DNA of 63,854 nucleotides, filler included, from Octopus bimaculoides (GCF_001194135.2; 5 parts of 4 records of this genome joined end to end with filler, not necessarily neighbours in it); one strand, 5' to 3'. Shown: positions 37,091 to 50,207, numbered from the whole stretch's first letter. Notes: a model not told the origin generated them from the letters alone. Program-made: numbers and translations.

Positions 37091-37290
37091 ACACACACAC
37101 ACATACAGACACACACACACACACAAAAAAAAAATATATATACATATATATATATATGTATTTACCAAATCCTCTCACAAGTCTTTGGTTGACCCGAGGC
37201 TATAGTAGAAGACACTTGCCCGAGGTGCCACGTAGTGGGACTAAACCCGGAACCTTGTTGTCGGTAAGGAAGCTTCTTACCACACATCCA
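36857..37290 (-). mobile_element. SINE family A
   Basis: Both halves present, separated by (CA)n/(TA)n. Confidence 0.85.
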
Positions 37291-38139
37291 TTTNNNNNNN
37301 NNNNNNNNNNNNNNNNNNNNNNNNNNNNNNNNNNNNNNNNNNNNNNNNNNNNNNNNNNNNNNNNNNNNNNNNNNNNNNNNNNNNNNNNNNNNNNNNNNNN
37401 NNNNNNNNNNNNNNNNNNNNNNNNNNNNNNNNNNNNNNNNNNNNNNNNNNNNNNNNNNNNNNNNNNNNNNNNNNNNNNNNNNNNNNNNNNNNNNNNNNNN
37501 NNNNNNNNNNNNNNNNNNNNNNNNNNNNNNNNNNNNNNNNNNNNNNNNNNNNNNNNNNNNNNNNNNNNNNNNNNNNNNNNNNNNNNNNNNNNNNNNNNNN
37601 NNNNNNNNNNNNNNNNNNNNNNNNNNNNNNNNNNNNNNNNNNNNNNNNNNNNNNNNNNNNNNNNNNNNNNNNNNNNNNNNNNNNNNNNNNNNNNNNNNNN
37701 NNNNNNNNNNNNNNNNNNNNTATCCCACATGTATACATAGATATATTGACGTATTTGCTGAAATACATAATCTTCTATGTTAGTAGGTATTTATCACATA
37801 TATCTATATATTTACAAACATTACCATCTGCTAAATAAGATGTATTTATCATATTAAAGATTTATAAGTGAAGGCGCGTGGCTTAGTAGTTCGATCGTAA
37901 GGATCAAATTTTTCATACTTTCTTGGCGTAAGGAAACAGGAAATTGCAGTTGTTACCTAAGGTACCCAGTGTAATTAATATATTTATATATTTCCCAAAA
38001 TCTATCATTATTTGTGAAAGATATACATTATAATTATATAATTACTAAAATGTATAATCTATTAGTCATGATAATTTGTTTATATTGTATTTTTTATCTT
38101 AATCTGTTGTTCTCCATTGTTCGTCTGCTTCAAACAAAG

Positions 38140-38357
38140 GGAAAGGTATCGAACCAGTGAACATATCAGGAAGAGTGATCGTCGGTTCTTGGTGGCTGTT
38201 TATCATTCTGATCTCTACTAGTTACACGGCGCATTTGGTGGCATTCCTCACCATTCCACAAAAACACAATGAAATCAGAAGTCTCAAAGAATTGGCAACG
38301 CAAAGTGTTTTAAAACCTATCGCATTTTTGGGATCGGATAAGTACGAGTACTTTCAG
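38140..38357 (+). CDS. iGluR/IR-family receptor, M3 and S2 start exon (phase 1-0)
   Basis: caaag|gg..cag|gttgga. GKGIEPVNISGRVIVGSWWLFIILISTSYTAHLVAFLT...IRSLKELATQ (SYTANLAAF-type gate). Confidence 0.95.
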
Positions 38358-38427
38358 GTTGGAGCTCATGTTCATTTTAAACCGTTATTCTGTTGTTGTA
38401 ACGCAAATGGATGCTGTTGTGGTTATT

Positions 38428-38572
<145 letters not shown>

Positions 38573-39783
38573 CTGTAATTCTCTTTCACTCTCTCTCTNN
38601 NNNNNNNNNNNNNNNNNNNNNNNNNNNNNNNNNNNNNNNNNNNNNNNNNNNNNNNNNNNNNNNNNNNNNNNNNNNNNNNNNNNNNNNNNNNNNNNNNNNN
38701 NNNNNNNNNNNNNNNNNNNNNNNNNNNNNNNNNNNNNNNNNNNNNNNNNNNNNNNNNNNNNNNNNNNNNNNNNNNNNNNNNNNNNNNNNNNNNNNNNNNN
38801 NNNNNNNNNNNNNNNNNNNNNNNTATAAATGCTAAATTGTATTTTAGAATTTATGGGAACAACTGTCTTTGAAGACTGATATTGTCGTTAAATGCCCGAA
38901 ATGAAGAGTAGATAGACAGCCGACAACTATATGATCGCTGCTGTTTCTTGCAAGTTAAACGTAGTTGGGTTACCTTGAGGTTTGTTTAAATTAGAAATAT
39001 AGCACAACTACGATATATTACTGAAAGTTATATTTACTAAGCAAGTAATTTTTTTTATAAATTGAAGTATTAAGGAAAATGGACTTCATTTTATTCTTGA
39101 ATATTTCAAGTTCACAAATTTAAATATTTGGTACAAGATAGTTTTTAACGAGCTTTTATTTATACGGTTTTTTCATTTATTGCTTATTTCATTTATAGTT
39201 TGCAATGTTCTCTCTCTCCTCTCTCTCTGTCTCTGTCTCTTTCTTTCTCTTTCTATCTCTCTCTATCTCTCACACACACACATACTGTGTCTCTAATATA
39301 AACACACACTGTCTCAGTAATATAAACTCACACACAATCCAGGCCTGCTTTCGTCATTACACAAATATCACATTAGAATTTTGCAATTCAACGTGGTGCG
39401 TCCAAAAAAATATCCGACTGAAAAAGAACATTTAGCAGCAAAGAGACGACGGCAGGTTTTAATATATCTCTACGTGATCGCTGCTATTGTTTTGCACGCT
39501 AAACGTAGTTGGACTACATAGATGTTTGTTTAAAAAAGAGAGATTATGATTGTGATAAAATAATAAAAACAATATTTACTAAGCAAGTGAGCTGTATTAT
39601 GCAAAGAAATAATTAGACGGAAAGTATGATAAAAAAATTATTAGAATTGTGAATCAAATGTGAACATATGACCAAGTGGTAGTAGAAAACCGCCCGGAGG
39701 GCGGTCTTTCTGTTAGCATATATAATCACATATTCGTACATACATACATACATACATACATAATGATGATGCTTCTATTTCAG

Positions 39784-40034
39784 AATGTTTCCAATAAAGA
39801 TTACAAAAGGATCGGTGACATCATGGCCAGTGGCCCAGAAGTGACCAAAGAGAAAGACGTGTTGATATTAGTTGATAATGATGATTATGCGTTTATTAGT
39901 GACGAATCTCTGATTTATTACATTGCTGGCCAATACTGCGGTAAATACTATGTAGTTCGGGGTGACACACCCAGACAAGGTCTTGGATTCGTCACACCAA
40001 AGCATTCACCTTACCTGTCGGCCATATCAAGCAC
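39784..40034 (+). CDS. iGluR/IR-family receptor, S2 exon (phase 0-2)
   Basis: tttcag|aat..ac|gtgagt. ...DYAFISDESLIYYIAGQYCGKYYVV...GLGFVTPKHSPYLSAIS. Last visible exon. Confidence 0.93.
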
Positions 40035-40544
40035 GTGAGTAATGGATATTATCATAGAGACTTAATATTTTATTTGGATATAGATCTTGACGTAAACCCT
40101 CGGTTATAAAGAGGTGTGTTTAACGGCAGATGGAACTTCAACGTGAAGCGGGGTGGTTATCTCTACTGTCCCTGGCATTTACGGTTTACCATATATTTTC
40201 AGCGGGATTTTTGCGTACATGACTATCATTTGCCCAAGCATGCAATCATTAAATGATAAATAGTCAATGCCTTAATAAAAAATATAAGTTAGAAAGGCGC
40301 TATTTGTACCCTAATAAAACATTTCAATATATTGGAGCAAATGGTGTGGTGAACTGGGAGTTACTGTATCCTTAGTACGTCAAGCAAATTGCTTAGTGGC
40401 ATTTCGTCCGTCTTTATGCTCTGAGCTCAAATTCGGCCGGGGTTGACTTTGACATTCGTACTTCCAGGGTCGATAATATGAGAACCATTTGATCACTTAT
40501 ACGTATATTATCAAAACCTACTGGCCCTGTAACAAAAACGGAAA

Positions 40545-41283
40545 TTATTATTATTATTTAAGACGTCGCACAGTATCCAATATCTCGATGCTGTTGATTG
40601 AAGGTATGGTGTCTACCGGGGGTTTGTACTTCCTCTCAAGTCACAATGGACCTCAAACAGGCAATACTTTACGCAATATGTGTGCAGTTCCAAGTAATGC
40701 CGACTTTTGCAATACACCTAGATTGTAGGGTATTTCTAAAGTTTCCAGATGCTTTTTTCAGTTTGGGTGGTATTAAACCCAATGCTCTGATTACAATAGG
40801 GACAACCTTTATGTTTGTCTCGCGTAGCTTCCACATCTTGGTGATCTCAATTCTCAGGTCTCCATATTTATCAATTTTTTCTCTTTCTTTCATGATAATA
40901 TGTTGATCTCCTGACACTGCTACGTTGATTATTAGGCACTCTTATTTGTCCCTCCTAAATGTTACTATATCCAGCCTTCGGTACTCTAACATCTTGTCTG
41001 TCTGGAAGTCAAAGTCTCAGAGGACTTTTGCCTTCTCTTTTCGTCGATTACCTTTTCCGGTGTATGTTGGTACCAAGCACCCATTACCTCGTATCCGTAT
41101 TCCGGCATAGTTTTGGGCTACCTTGTCGTGTCTGCACTTGTACTCTTTCTGTGCAAGACTTTCACAAGCACTAACAAATGTGAGTCACGCTTTCGACCCT
41201 CTTTCTATACATTCTACAGGGGTTCGTTGCCCTTTTCACTGAGTTGGTATTCAATGCCTGATCCTAGGCAGCGATGATTAGGC

Positions 41284-41285
<2 letters not shown>
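40545..41285 (-). mobile_element. R4/Dong-like RLE retrotransposon 3' fragment (TAA-associated)
   Basis: LIIAA.DQALNTN; CRM...VTHI.SAC.SLAQKEYKCRHDKVA; GDQHIIMKEREKIDKYGDLRIEITKMWK; KVVPIVIRALG. TAA runs at both ends. Confidence 0.9.
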
Positions 41286-41350
<65 letters not shown>

Positions 41351-41351
41351 G

Positions 41352-41575
41352 TTCAGTAGTTTTATTTTTATAACGTGCTTTCACTTCACTACCGAGCGCA
41401 GCTCTGTGTGCCTTGGGTATGTGCTGTGGTTTGCTGTGGTGCTCTTATGGTTACTGTATTGAAAGTGTTTTGCGTAGGATGTGTGCAGTGCCCAATAGTG
41501 CAATTTTCTGTATGTTATATATATTTGTAAGTCCTGGTGTTTTTGTTATGTATTTGTCTGAATATTTTTTTATTA
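41352..41575 (-). mobile_element. Second R4/Dong-like 3' end (TAA-associated)
   Basis: KYSDKYITKTPGLTNIYNIQKIALLGTAHILRKTLSIQ*, then a 3' UTR, then (TAA)n 41285-41350. Confidence 0.88.
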
Positions 41576-41702
41576 ATTATTATTATTATTATTAATATTA
41601 TTNNNNNNNNNNNNNNNNNNNNNNNNNNNNNNNNNNNNNNNNNNNNTTAATTAATTAANNNNNNNNNNNNNNNNNNNNNNNNNNNNNNNNNNNNNNNNNN
41701 NN

Positions 41703-41762
<60 letters not shown>

Positions 41763-42544
41763 TATAATTGTGTGTGTATATGTATATATATATATTTATG
41801 CACACACACACCCATGCACATATCTATGATTCATCAGGTAATGAGCATGACTCATTATCTTTACGTCCTTTGATTTATTTATCGACCGACCCATTAATTC
41901 ATTGTCCTCTTAACATCAGACCAGAAAGGTCTTCTTCTTCATTATCAAACATCGTTGTTTTTGTTGTTATTGTTGTTGCTTAACTCAATCAAGAACTGGC
42001 TGACATTTTGTCTCACCAGTTAACGTTTATTAGGGTGTCTTCTTTTGTCCTCCACCATTTAACACTATTTTGGCCTGACCCCAATCAACAATTGCTGCTT
42101 ATCATAGTCAATGTGGCTGTTATTTAGTGCCAGGTCAGCGCTGATCATTATGCAAACCAAAGATCAAAGATATTCCTGTCATAATCATCCTGTTTTGTTG
42201 GAAATATTTGAGTATTTTTTTGGCTTTTTTTGTTCTTTTTCAATAGCAAAAAGGTGAGAGGAACATATAATATCGGCCAACGATCTGTAATGATCTGCTC
42301 TCCTTTGAAAGCAAAATGGTACAGTATGATCCCAGGGAAATTTAACTGTTGTTTGTAGCAGATCAAGTGATCACATAAAGGGTTTTTTTTTCATCTTCGC
42401 CATCAAGTGATAAGTATATACACACCCACACACAAAGTTATAACCATATATACATGTATAATGAATGATTTATATTGTTACCATCGTGTGTGTGTGTGTG
42501 TGTGTGTGTGCAGGGGTGGCTGTGTGGTAAGAAGTTTGCTTCCC

Positions 42545-42774
42545 GGCGGCGTGCTGGCAGAAACGTTAGCACGCCAGGCGAAATGCTTAGTGGTATTTCT
42601 TCTGTCTTTACGTTCTGAGTTCAAATTCCGCCGAGGTCGACTTTTCCTTTCATCCTTTCGGGGGTTGATAAATTAAGTACCAGTTATGCACTGCGGTTGA
42701 TGTAATCGACTTAATCCCTTTGTCTGTCCTTGTTTGTCCCTTCTATGTTTAGCCCCTTGTGGGCAATTAAGAAA
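42545..42774 (+). mobile_element. Young SINE family B copy with 17-bp TSD, nested in a family A head
   Basis: Identical taagaagtttgcttccc at 42528-42544 and 42775-42791. A-box-like tggcagaaacg and B-box-like gagttcaaattcc. Confidence 0.92.
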
Positions 42775-43019
42775 TAAGAAGTTTGCTTCCCAACTACATG
42801 GTTCCGGGTTCAATCCCACTGCATGATTCCTTGGGCAAGTGTCTTCTACTACAGCCTTAGCCTTCTAAGCAGATTTCATACATGCAGACTGAAAGATGCC
42901 CATTGTATGTGTACGAAGCATTTTGCCTGGTCTGCTAACAATCCTGCCATCTTGCCACCTTTAAGATTTGTGTGTCATAATGTTGTAACATTGACCTGGT
43001 TGATGATGATGATGACAGG

Positions 43020-43370
43020 GGGAAAGTGGTGATGGCTTCTAGCAATGGAAGTTTTTATTACAAACCCCCCGCATCAGTTGACCTAGTTTTTATATTCCCC
43101 CTTGCTTATCCAGTAACAAGTGTAACCTCCTCCTATTTCATCCATTTCACCGACCCTGGGAAAATGGGTTTCTAAGAACAGCCATATCAATGCTGTATTT
43201 GTTTAAAGCCCATGAGACAAGAACCTTTCCCGTCTTCTTCTAAGAACACTTTCTATATTCCATGAGCCGATGTTCAGTTGTCTCTTAGCAGCGGTTCTTT
43301 AAAAACCTTCTTGACATCTTGACTGCTGAAATTGGATAAAATATCAGAGGAAGCAATCTGACAGAGCGGA
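43020..43370 (-). pseudogene. RTE-type LINE AP-endonuclease remnant
   Basis: LNIGSWNIESVL ... KYSIDMAVL..THFPRVGEMDEIGGGYTCYW ... GFVIKTSI, in shifting frames. Confidence 0.75.
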
Positions 43371-44190
43371 AAAATGAATATGCAGTTTTTGTGGCGGGGC
43401 GGGGGGAAGCGCCAATTATTGTGTTTTTCTTATGCAAGAAAAAAAACCATGCCATGCCTGAAGAGACCTGTTTTGTCACCAATGGCGGATACAGACTGGA
43501 TAAATGCAACGTGTGTGTACATGCATGTATACATGATGGCGTGTGTGTGTTTGTGTGTGTATGTGCATACATTCATGCGTATGTGTGCATGTATGCATGT
43601 GTGTGTCCTTGATAAACTATACATATGCACACACACATACACACACATGCATCCACACACACAGACACACACATATGGCACAAAAGTAAAAATTTTAAAA
43701 TATATGAAGACAAGGTACAAAAACAAACAGGGTGTATAAATTTGCCATTCCGGAAAATCGGAAGAAGTCGTTAACATTTCGAGCATGAACTCCTTTCAAC
43801 AGAAGGGATAAATGAAGAGAGAAAAAAAATAGAGAAAGGAACACACACAAACACACACACACACATACACACACACATGCATATATACACCTGTATATCA
43901 AACCCATGCCAGCACAGAACATAAATGTTATATGATGACAATAATGATGGTATCTATATATCAGTGTGTGTGTAGAGCCATCAATGTATCATACTTAATG
44001 TATATATACACAGTTGATAGACCACTCTTGGAGTGCTTGGTGTTAGGAAGGGCATCCAGCTGTAGAAATTCTGCCAGATCAGATTGGAGCCTGGTGTAGA
44101 CATCTGGTTCGCCAGTCCTCAGTCAAATCGTCCAACCCATACTAACATGGAAAGCAGATGTTAAACGATGATGATGATGATATATATACA

Positions 44191-44414
44191 TACAAGGGGC
44201 TGCTGGCAAGTTCCTGGTTTGGGGTAAAAGAAAATACAGGAGGATCAGTTAATTATGATTTTGTTGAACATATTCCCCCTCTCAGATCCACACATTTATT
44301 GTAGTGGTCCTACCGTTTTTCTAAACCCTGTAAAAGAACTCGGAAGATTGGGCCTCCAACCAGGCCTTTCGCGACACCCTTAAAGCCAGGAACTTTTTGG
44401 GACCCTTTTGTGTA
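44191..44414. mobile_element. Mariner-type MITE
   Basis: Ends tacaaggggctgctggcaagttcctggttt and aaagccaggaactttttgggacccttttgtgta (imperfect TIR, TA ends). Confidence 0.6.
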
Positions 44415-44729
44415 TAGTGTGTGTGTTTATATATATATATATAATTTGTGGGTGTTTTTGTGCCTGTTTTGTCCGCCACACCACCTGACAACTGCTGTTT
44501 GTGTGTTTACATATTTGTAACTTAGAGGTTCAGCTAAAGAGAGTGAGACAGACTTTAAAAGAAAAGAGAGTACTGGGGTCAATCTTTTCAACAAAACTTC
44601 TTCAAGGCTGTGCCCCAGCATGGCCACAGTCTAATGACTGAGATGTGTGTGTGTGTGTGTGTGTGCATGTGTGTGCATGTGTGAGCATGTGTGTTTGATG
44701 CACAGAAGAAGGGATATATTCTTTTGCTC

Positions 44730-45195
44730 TTTTACTTTTTTACTTGTTTCAATCATTTGACTGCGGCCATGCTGGAGCACTGCCTTTTTTGTCGAACAAA
44801 TTGACCCGCGACTTATGCTTTGTAAGCCTATTTACTTATTCTATTGGTCTCTTTTGCTGAACTGCTAAGTTACAGGGATGTAAACACACCAACATCGGTT
44901 GTCAAGCGATGGTGGGGAGGACAAACACAGAGACACACACATATATATATATACATATATACTACAGGCTTCTTTCAGTTTCCATCTACCAAATCCACTC
45001 ACAAGGCTTTGGTCGACCCAAGGCTATAGTAGAAGACACTTGCCCAAGGTGCCATGCAGTGGGACTGAACCCAGAACCATGTGGTTGGTAAGCAAGCTAT
45101 TTACCACACAGCCATACGACAGGCCTCTTACAGTTTCCATCTACCAAATCCACTCACAAGGCTTTGGTCGGCCCGAGGCTATAGTAGGTGCCAAG
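44730..45195 (-). mobile_element. SINE family A plus adjacent partial duplicate
   Basis: Full family A motifs at 44730-45114. 45115-45195 repeats the cagtttccatctaccaaatccactcacaagg segment. Confidence 0.85.
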
Positions 45196-45968
45196 NNNNN
45201 NNNNNNNNNNNNNNNNNNNNNNNNNNNNNNNNNNNNNNNNNNNNNNNNNNNNNNNNNNNNNNNNNNNNNNNNNNNNNNNNNNNNNNNNNNNNNNNNNNNN
45301 NNNNNNNNNNNNNNNNNNNNNNNNNNNNNNNNNNNNNNNNNNNNNNNNNNNNNNNNNNNNNNNNNNNNNNNNNNNNNNNNNNNNNNNNNNNNNNNNNNNN
45401 NNNNNNNNNNNNNNNNNNNNNNNNNNNNNNNNNNNNNNNNNNNNNNNNNNNNNNNNNNNNNNNNNNNNNNNNNNNNNNNNNNNNNNNNNNNNNNNNNNNN
45501 NNNNNNNNNNNNNNNNNNNNNNNNNNNNNNNNNNNNNNNNNNNNNNNNNNNNNNNNNNNNNNNNNNNNNNNNNNNNNNNNNNNNNNNNNNNNNNNNNNNN
45601 NNNNNNNNNNNNNNNNNNNNNNNNNNNNNNNNNNNNNNNNNNNNNNNNNNNNNNNNNNNNNNNNNNNNNNNNNNNNNNNNNNNNNNNNNNNNNNNNNNNN
45701 NNNNNNNNNNNNNNNNNNNNNNNNNNNNNNNNNNNNNNNNNNNNNNNNNNNNNNNNNNNNNNNNNNNNNNNNNNNNNNNNNNNNNNNNNNNNNNNNNNNN
45801 NNNNNNNNNNNNNNNNNNNNNNNNNNNNNNNNNNNNNNNNNNNNNNNNNNNNNNNNNNNNNNNNNNNNNNNNNNNNNNNNNNNNNNNNNNNNNNNNNNNN
45901 NNNNNNNNNNNNNNNNNNNNNNNNNNNNNNNNNNNNNNNNNNNNNNNNNNNNNNNNNNNNNNNNNNNN

Positions 45969-46117
45969 CATGGGTTGGACGATTTGACTGAGGACTGGTG
46001 AAACCGGATGGCAACACCAGGCTCCAATCTAATTTGGTAGAAACTCTGCCAAATTAGATTGGAGCCTGGTGTTGCCATCCGGTTTCACCAGTCCTCAGTC
46101 AAATCGTCCAACCCATG
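45969..46117. repeat. Perfect 69-bp inverted repeat of a SINE 3' segment
   Basis: 45969-46037 is the exact reverse complement of 46049-46117. 11-nt centre tagaaactctg. The left arm runs into the gap. Confidence 0.95.
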
Positions 46118-46305
46118 CTAGCATGGAAAGCGGACGTTAAACGATGATGATGATGATGATGATGATATATCATATTGATAGAAATGGCAAGACAATATAT
46201 ATATATATATTTGACAGGAAGGACAACAAAAGAATGAAAGAGACTTCAATATTATGCAAATAGAGGAATTTATCTGTAAAAATGTGACACTTATTCAGTA
46301 GCCAT

Positions 46306-46366
46306 GATAAAACTCCGAGTTTCGGATGCCAGGGTGGGAGCCCATGCCAACATCTCTTCAGTTATC
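46306..46366 (-). ncRNA. Type I hammerhead ribozyme, minimal helix III
   Basis: gauaa-CUGAAGA-gauguugg...cuggcauc(c)-GAAA-cucggagu-U-uuauc. Intact core, perfect 5-bp helix I, near-palindromic ACUCgGAGU, GUU triplet, one extra C at the base of helix II. Confidence 0.68.
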
Positions 46367-46482
46367 CGGCCAATTGGTGTCACATATTTTTAGATATATA
46401 TATATATATATATATGTATATCATCATCATCATCATCATCGTTTAACCTCCGTTTTCCATGCTGGCATGGGTTGGATGGGAA

Positions 46483-46875
46483 GTACAGGTGTGGCTGTGT
46501 GGTAAGAAGTTTGATTTGCAACCACTTGGTTCCAGTTTCAGTCCCATTGTGTGGCACCTTGAACAAATGTCTTCTACTATAGCCCTGTCTGTGTGTGGGG
46601 TGGGGGTCAACCAAAGCCTTGAGTTGATTTGGTTGAGGGAAACTGAAAGAAGCCCATCGTGTATATATACGTGTGTGTGACTGTTTGTACCCCCCGCCCC
46701 CGTACCATTACTTGACAACTGGTGTTGGTTTGTTTATGTCTCTGTAACTTAGTGTTTCAGCAAACGAGACCAATACGATAAGTAAACCTTAAAAGAATAA
46801 GTCTAAGAAATAAAAATTCTTCAAAATGGTGCCCCAGCATGGCCACAGTCAAATGACTAAAACAAGTAAAAAGAT
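46483..46875 (+). mobile_element. SINE family A, diverged
   Basis: caggtgtggctgtgtggtaagaag head through ccagcatggccacagtcaaatgactaaaacaagtaaaa tail. Confidence 0.8.
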
Positions 46876-47090
46876 TAAAAAAATATATATGTGTGTATGT
46901 ATGTGTGTATGTTTATATATGTGTATATATGTATTTTATTTCTTTACTGTCACTTCTGATATCTCTAAGTCTGTTAGAATCCTATGCTGGATAAGTTCAC
47001 CCGCATTGCATACAGAAATGCACACATGCATATTGACACGCATGTCTGTACTCTGTGCATTGCATTCCCATTGATGCACACACACACACA

Positions 47091-47150
<60 letters not shown>

Positions 47151-47424
47151 AGGTATTTTATCACAATTTTCCTGTTATTACAGCTTGTGTTAAATCACAA
47201 CCATCGCCACCACCACCATCGCCACCATCACCACCACCACCACCACCGCCACCACCACCATCACTTAAATCTCTTCCATAAGTTTCACTACAGGATGGAG
47301 TGGTGAGTGGAGGGGACTGGACTTATTTAACATTGTTATCTTGTTCCTATAATCACAGATAATGGTTCACAAACAAGAAGCACTTAACACCAGCTTCCAC
47401 ATCATCATCATCATCATCATCACT

Positions 47425-47502
<78 letters not shown>

Positions 47503-47821
47503 CGTATTACCATTATCATGTTTAGCTTTATCTTGGATCCTGTTATTGAGCCTCAGTGTGGCTACTCAGCTTGATTTGCTAGAAACAGCAGTCAAATTCT
47601 TGTTGAATTTGGCAGTATTGTCTTTACAAAGAAACAGGAAGGATACATGAGATAACATTGTCCTAAATACATCCCCAAAAGACATGGCTTAAATTCCTTC
47701 AATCATATAATAATGTAGTCTTAGCTCCTTGGGCAAGTGTCTTAACCCAGGACAGACCAAAGCCTTGTAGGTGGATTTACGACAGAAACACTGAAAGAAG
47801 CCTATCATGTATTTTTATGTA

Positions 47822-47855
<34 letters not shown>

Positions 47856-48862
47856 AGCCATAAAAACCCTGCCAAAATAGACACAGAAGCCTGGTGTAGT
47901 CTTCTGCTTGACCAACTTCTCTCAAATCATCCAACCCATGCCAGCAAGGAAGACGGATGTTAAATGATGAGGATGAGGATGATGATGATATTTGTATGCA
48001 TGCATCAATATATTTAGATATAAGTATCTTTATGTGCATGTGTGTGTGTTTGTGTCTCCTTGCATTGCCATTGCCATAAGCAGTGTCGATCATTTTCAAT
48101 GTGCTTCAAAAACATGTCGGGCCATAGGGAAATATTACTTTGTTTGGAAACAAGTGAAGGGTTGGCAATAGAAAGAGCATCCAGCCATAGAAAACCTGCC
48201 TCAAATAAATTCTGTCCAACCCATTCAATCATAAGAGTGGACATTACAGAGATGATGGTTCATTTTAATTTTTGCTTTCATCCTCTCACCCAACACAAAA
48301 ATATTGAGTTTATTTGTAGAGTTTTTTAATACAGGGAGAGAAAAGTCAGTGGTGATAATAGTTTTTGAACCCCCACTATTTACAGGGGAAGAATTAGGGA
48401 TAAATAGCAGAGATTAATGCAGGATTTGAACTGATGTAACTAAGGATAAGAGAAGAGTACAAAAACTGGGGGAGGAGGGGGATTTCGGTGGGGAAGAAGG
48501 ATTGGATAAATATGTTTTGCAAAAAAAGCTCACCTACTTACACACACACACACACACACACACGGTATTCTGAAACCCTGACATACATGGAGAACGTTAC
48601 ACATATAAGCTATGTGACATGTATACACATATACATTCATACATACAGACAGACACACAGACATAATTTTTACATGTGATCTGTTCCTTCCTTGATGGCA
48701 GATTCCTGTTCTACTAATATGGCTTTAATAGTTCTAACTTGTTGATCTTTCTGACACAATACTGGTGACCCCCACCACATTCATTGGCTTTATACTTCCT
48801 CTCTCAAACACTCAGACAGCTACACACACACACACACATAGATATATAGGGGTATGTGTGGG

Positions 48863-48908
<46 letters not shown>

Positions 48909-48909
48909 C

Positions 48910-48954
<45 letters not shown>

Positions 48955-49285
48955 AACACACAGGCAGACAGACACACACACATGCAATTGTGTGTGTGTG
49001 TGTGTGTCACAGACCTTCCTATTCTGTTAAATATCACTTGAATATATTGTTGACCTTTGAGTTTGCAGAACCTCATTCTCCACTTTGTCAGATCGTGTAT
49101 ACCACTCTACCATTTCCTTCCTTTGGATCAATTCAGCCACTCTAAACACACCCCCACTCACACACACATGCACACTTACATGCATACATGATTATGTTCG
49201 TGTAACACACAACTTCATATAGTGAGAATCATTGAATTCACTTAGAATTTCAAATAGACATTAGCATAGCCATTATATATGTGAC

Positions 49286-49356
<71 letters not shown>

Positions 49357-49716
49357 CTTGTCTTTCTTGCTTCAGTCATTGGACAGTGGCATTGCTAAGG
49401 CACTGCCCTTAAAGGGTTTAGCTGAATAAATCAACCCCAGAACTTATTTCATTTTTCAAGTCTGATACTTATTTTCATTCACGTATTTTGCTAAACCTAG
49501 TAGGTTACAGAGACATAACAAAACCAACACTGGCTGCCAAGTGGTAGAGGAACAAACACAAACGTCCACACACACGCACACACAGATTCATATTAAACAC
49601 TGGTAAGGTCACTGTATTACATTTTGCAATCATAATATACTACCAAGTAGATTAAAGGGTTATAAGTCAACACTCTGTCCTACCTGTGTTAGCAGTGCAT
49701 TGTTTACATAAATATT

Positions 49717-49986
49717 CTTTCTTTTACTCTTTTACTTGTTTCAATCATTTGACTGCGGCCATGCTGGAGCACCTCCTTTAGTCGAGCAAATCGACCCCAG
49801 GACTTATTCTTTGTAAGCCTAGTACTTATTCTATCGGTCACTTTTGCTGAACCACTAGATTATGGGGGACGTAAACACACCAGCATCGGTTGTCAAGCGA
49901 TGTTGGTGGGGGACAAACACAGACACACAAACACACACATACGTATATATACATATATACAACGGGCTTCTTTCAGTTTCCGTCTA
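49717..49986 (-). mobile_element. SINE family A, 3' part
   Basis: Close match to the other family A copies. Confidence 0.85.
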
Positions 49987-50077
49987 CATATATTCATATA
50001 CCAAACATAACTTTCTGTGCTAGCTCTAAATTCTATTTTAAAATCTGTAGAGATACACTTAAGCTATATATATATAT

Positions 50078-50207
50078 GAGTCAAAGCAAGCGTTAGCCAT
50101 GGGCAAAGCTCTTATCTATTAACACTCCTCACTTTACTGTGAGGAGGTTGTCTCCCTTGTCAGTCAATAGATAAGCACTTGCCCGTGGCTAAGAGTTGTT
50201 TTGACTC
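50078..50207. repeat. 130-nt foldback (45-46 bp arms, internal 8-bp hairpin)
   Basis: gagtcaaagcaagcgttagccatgggcaaagctcttatctattaac pairs with gtcaatagataagcacttgcccgtggctaagagttgttttgactc. The loop holds ctcctcac-tttact-gtgaggag. Confidence 0.85.
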
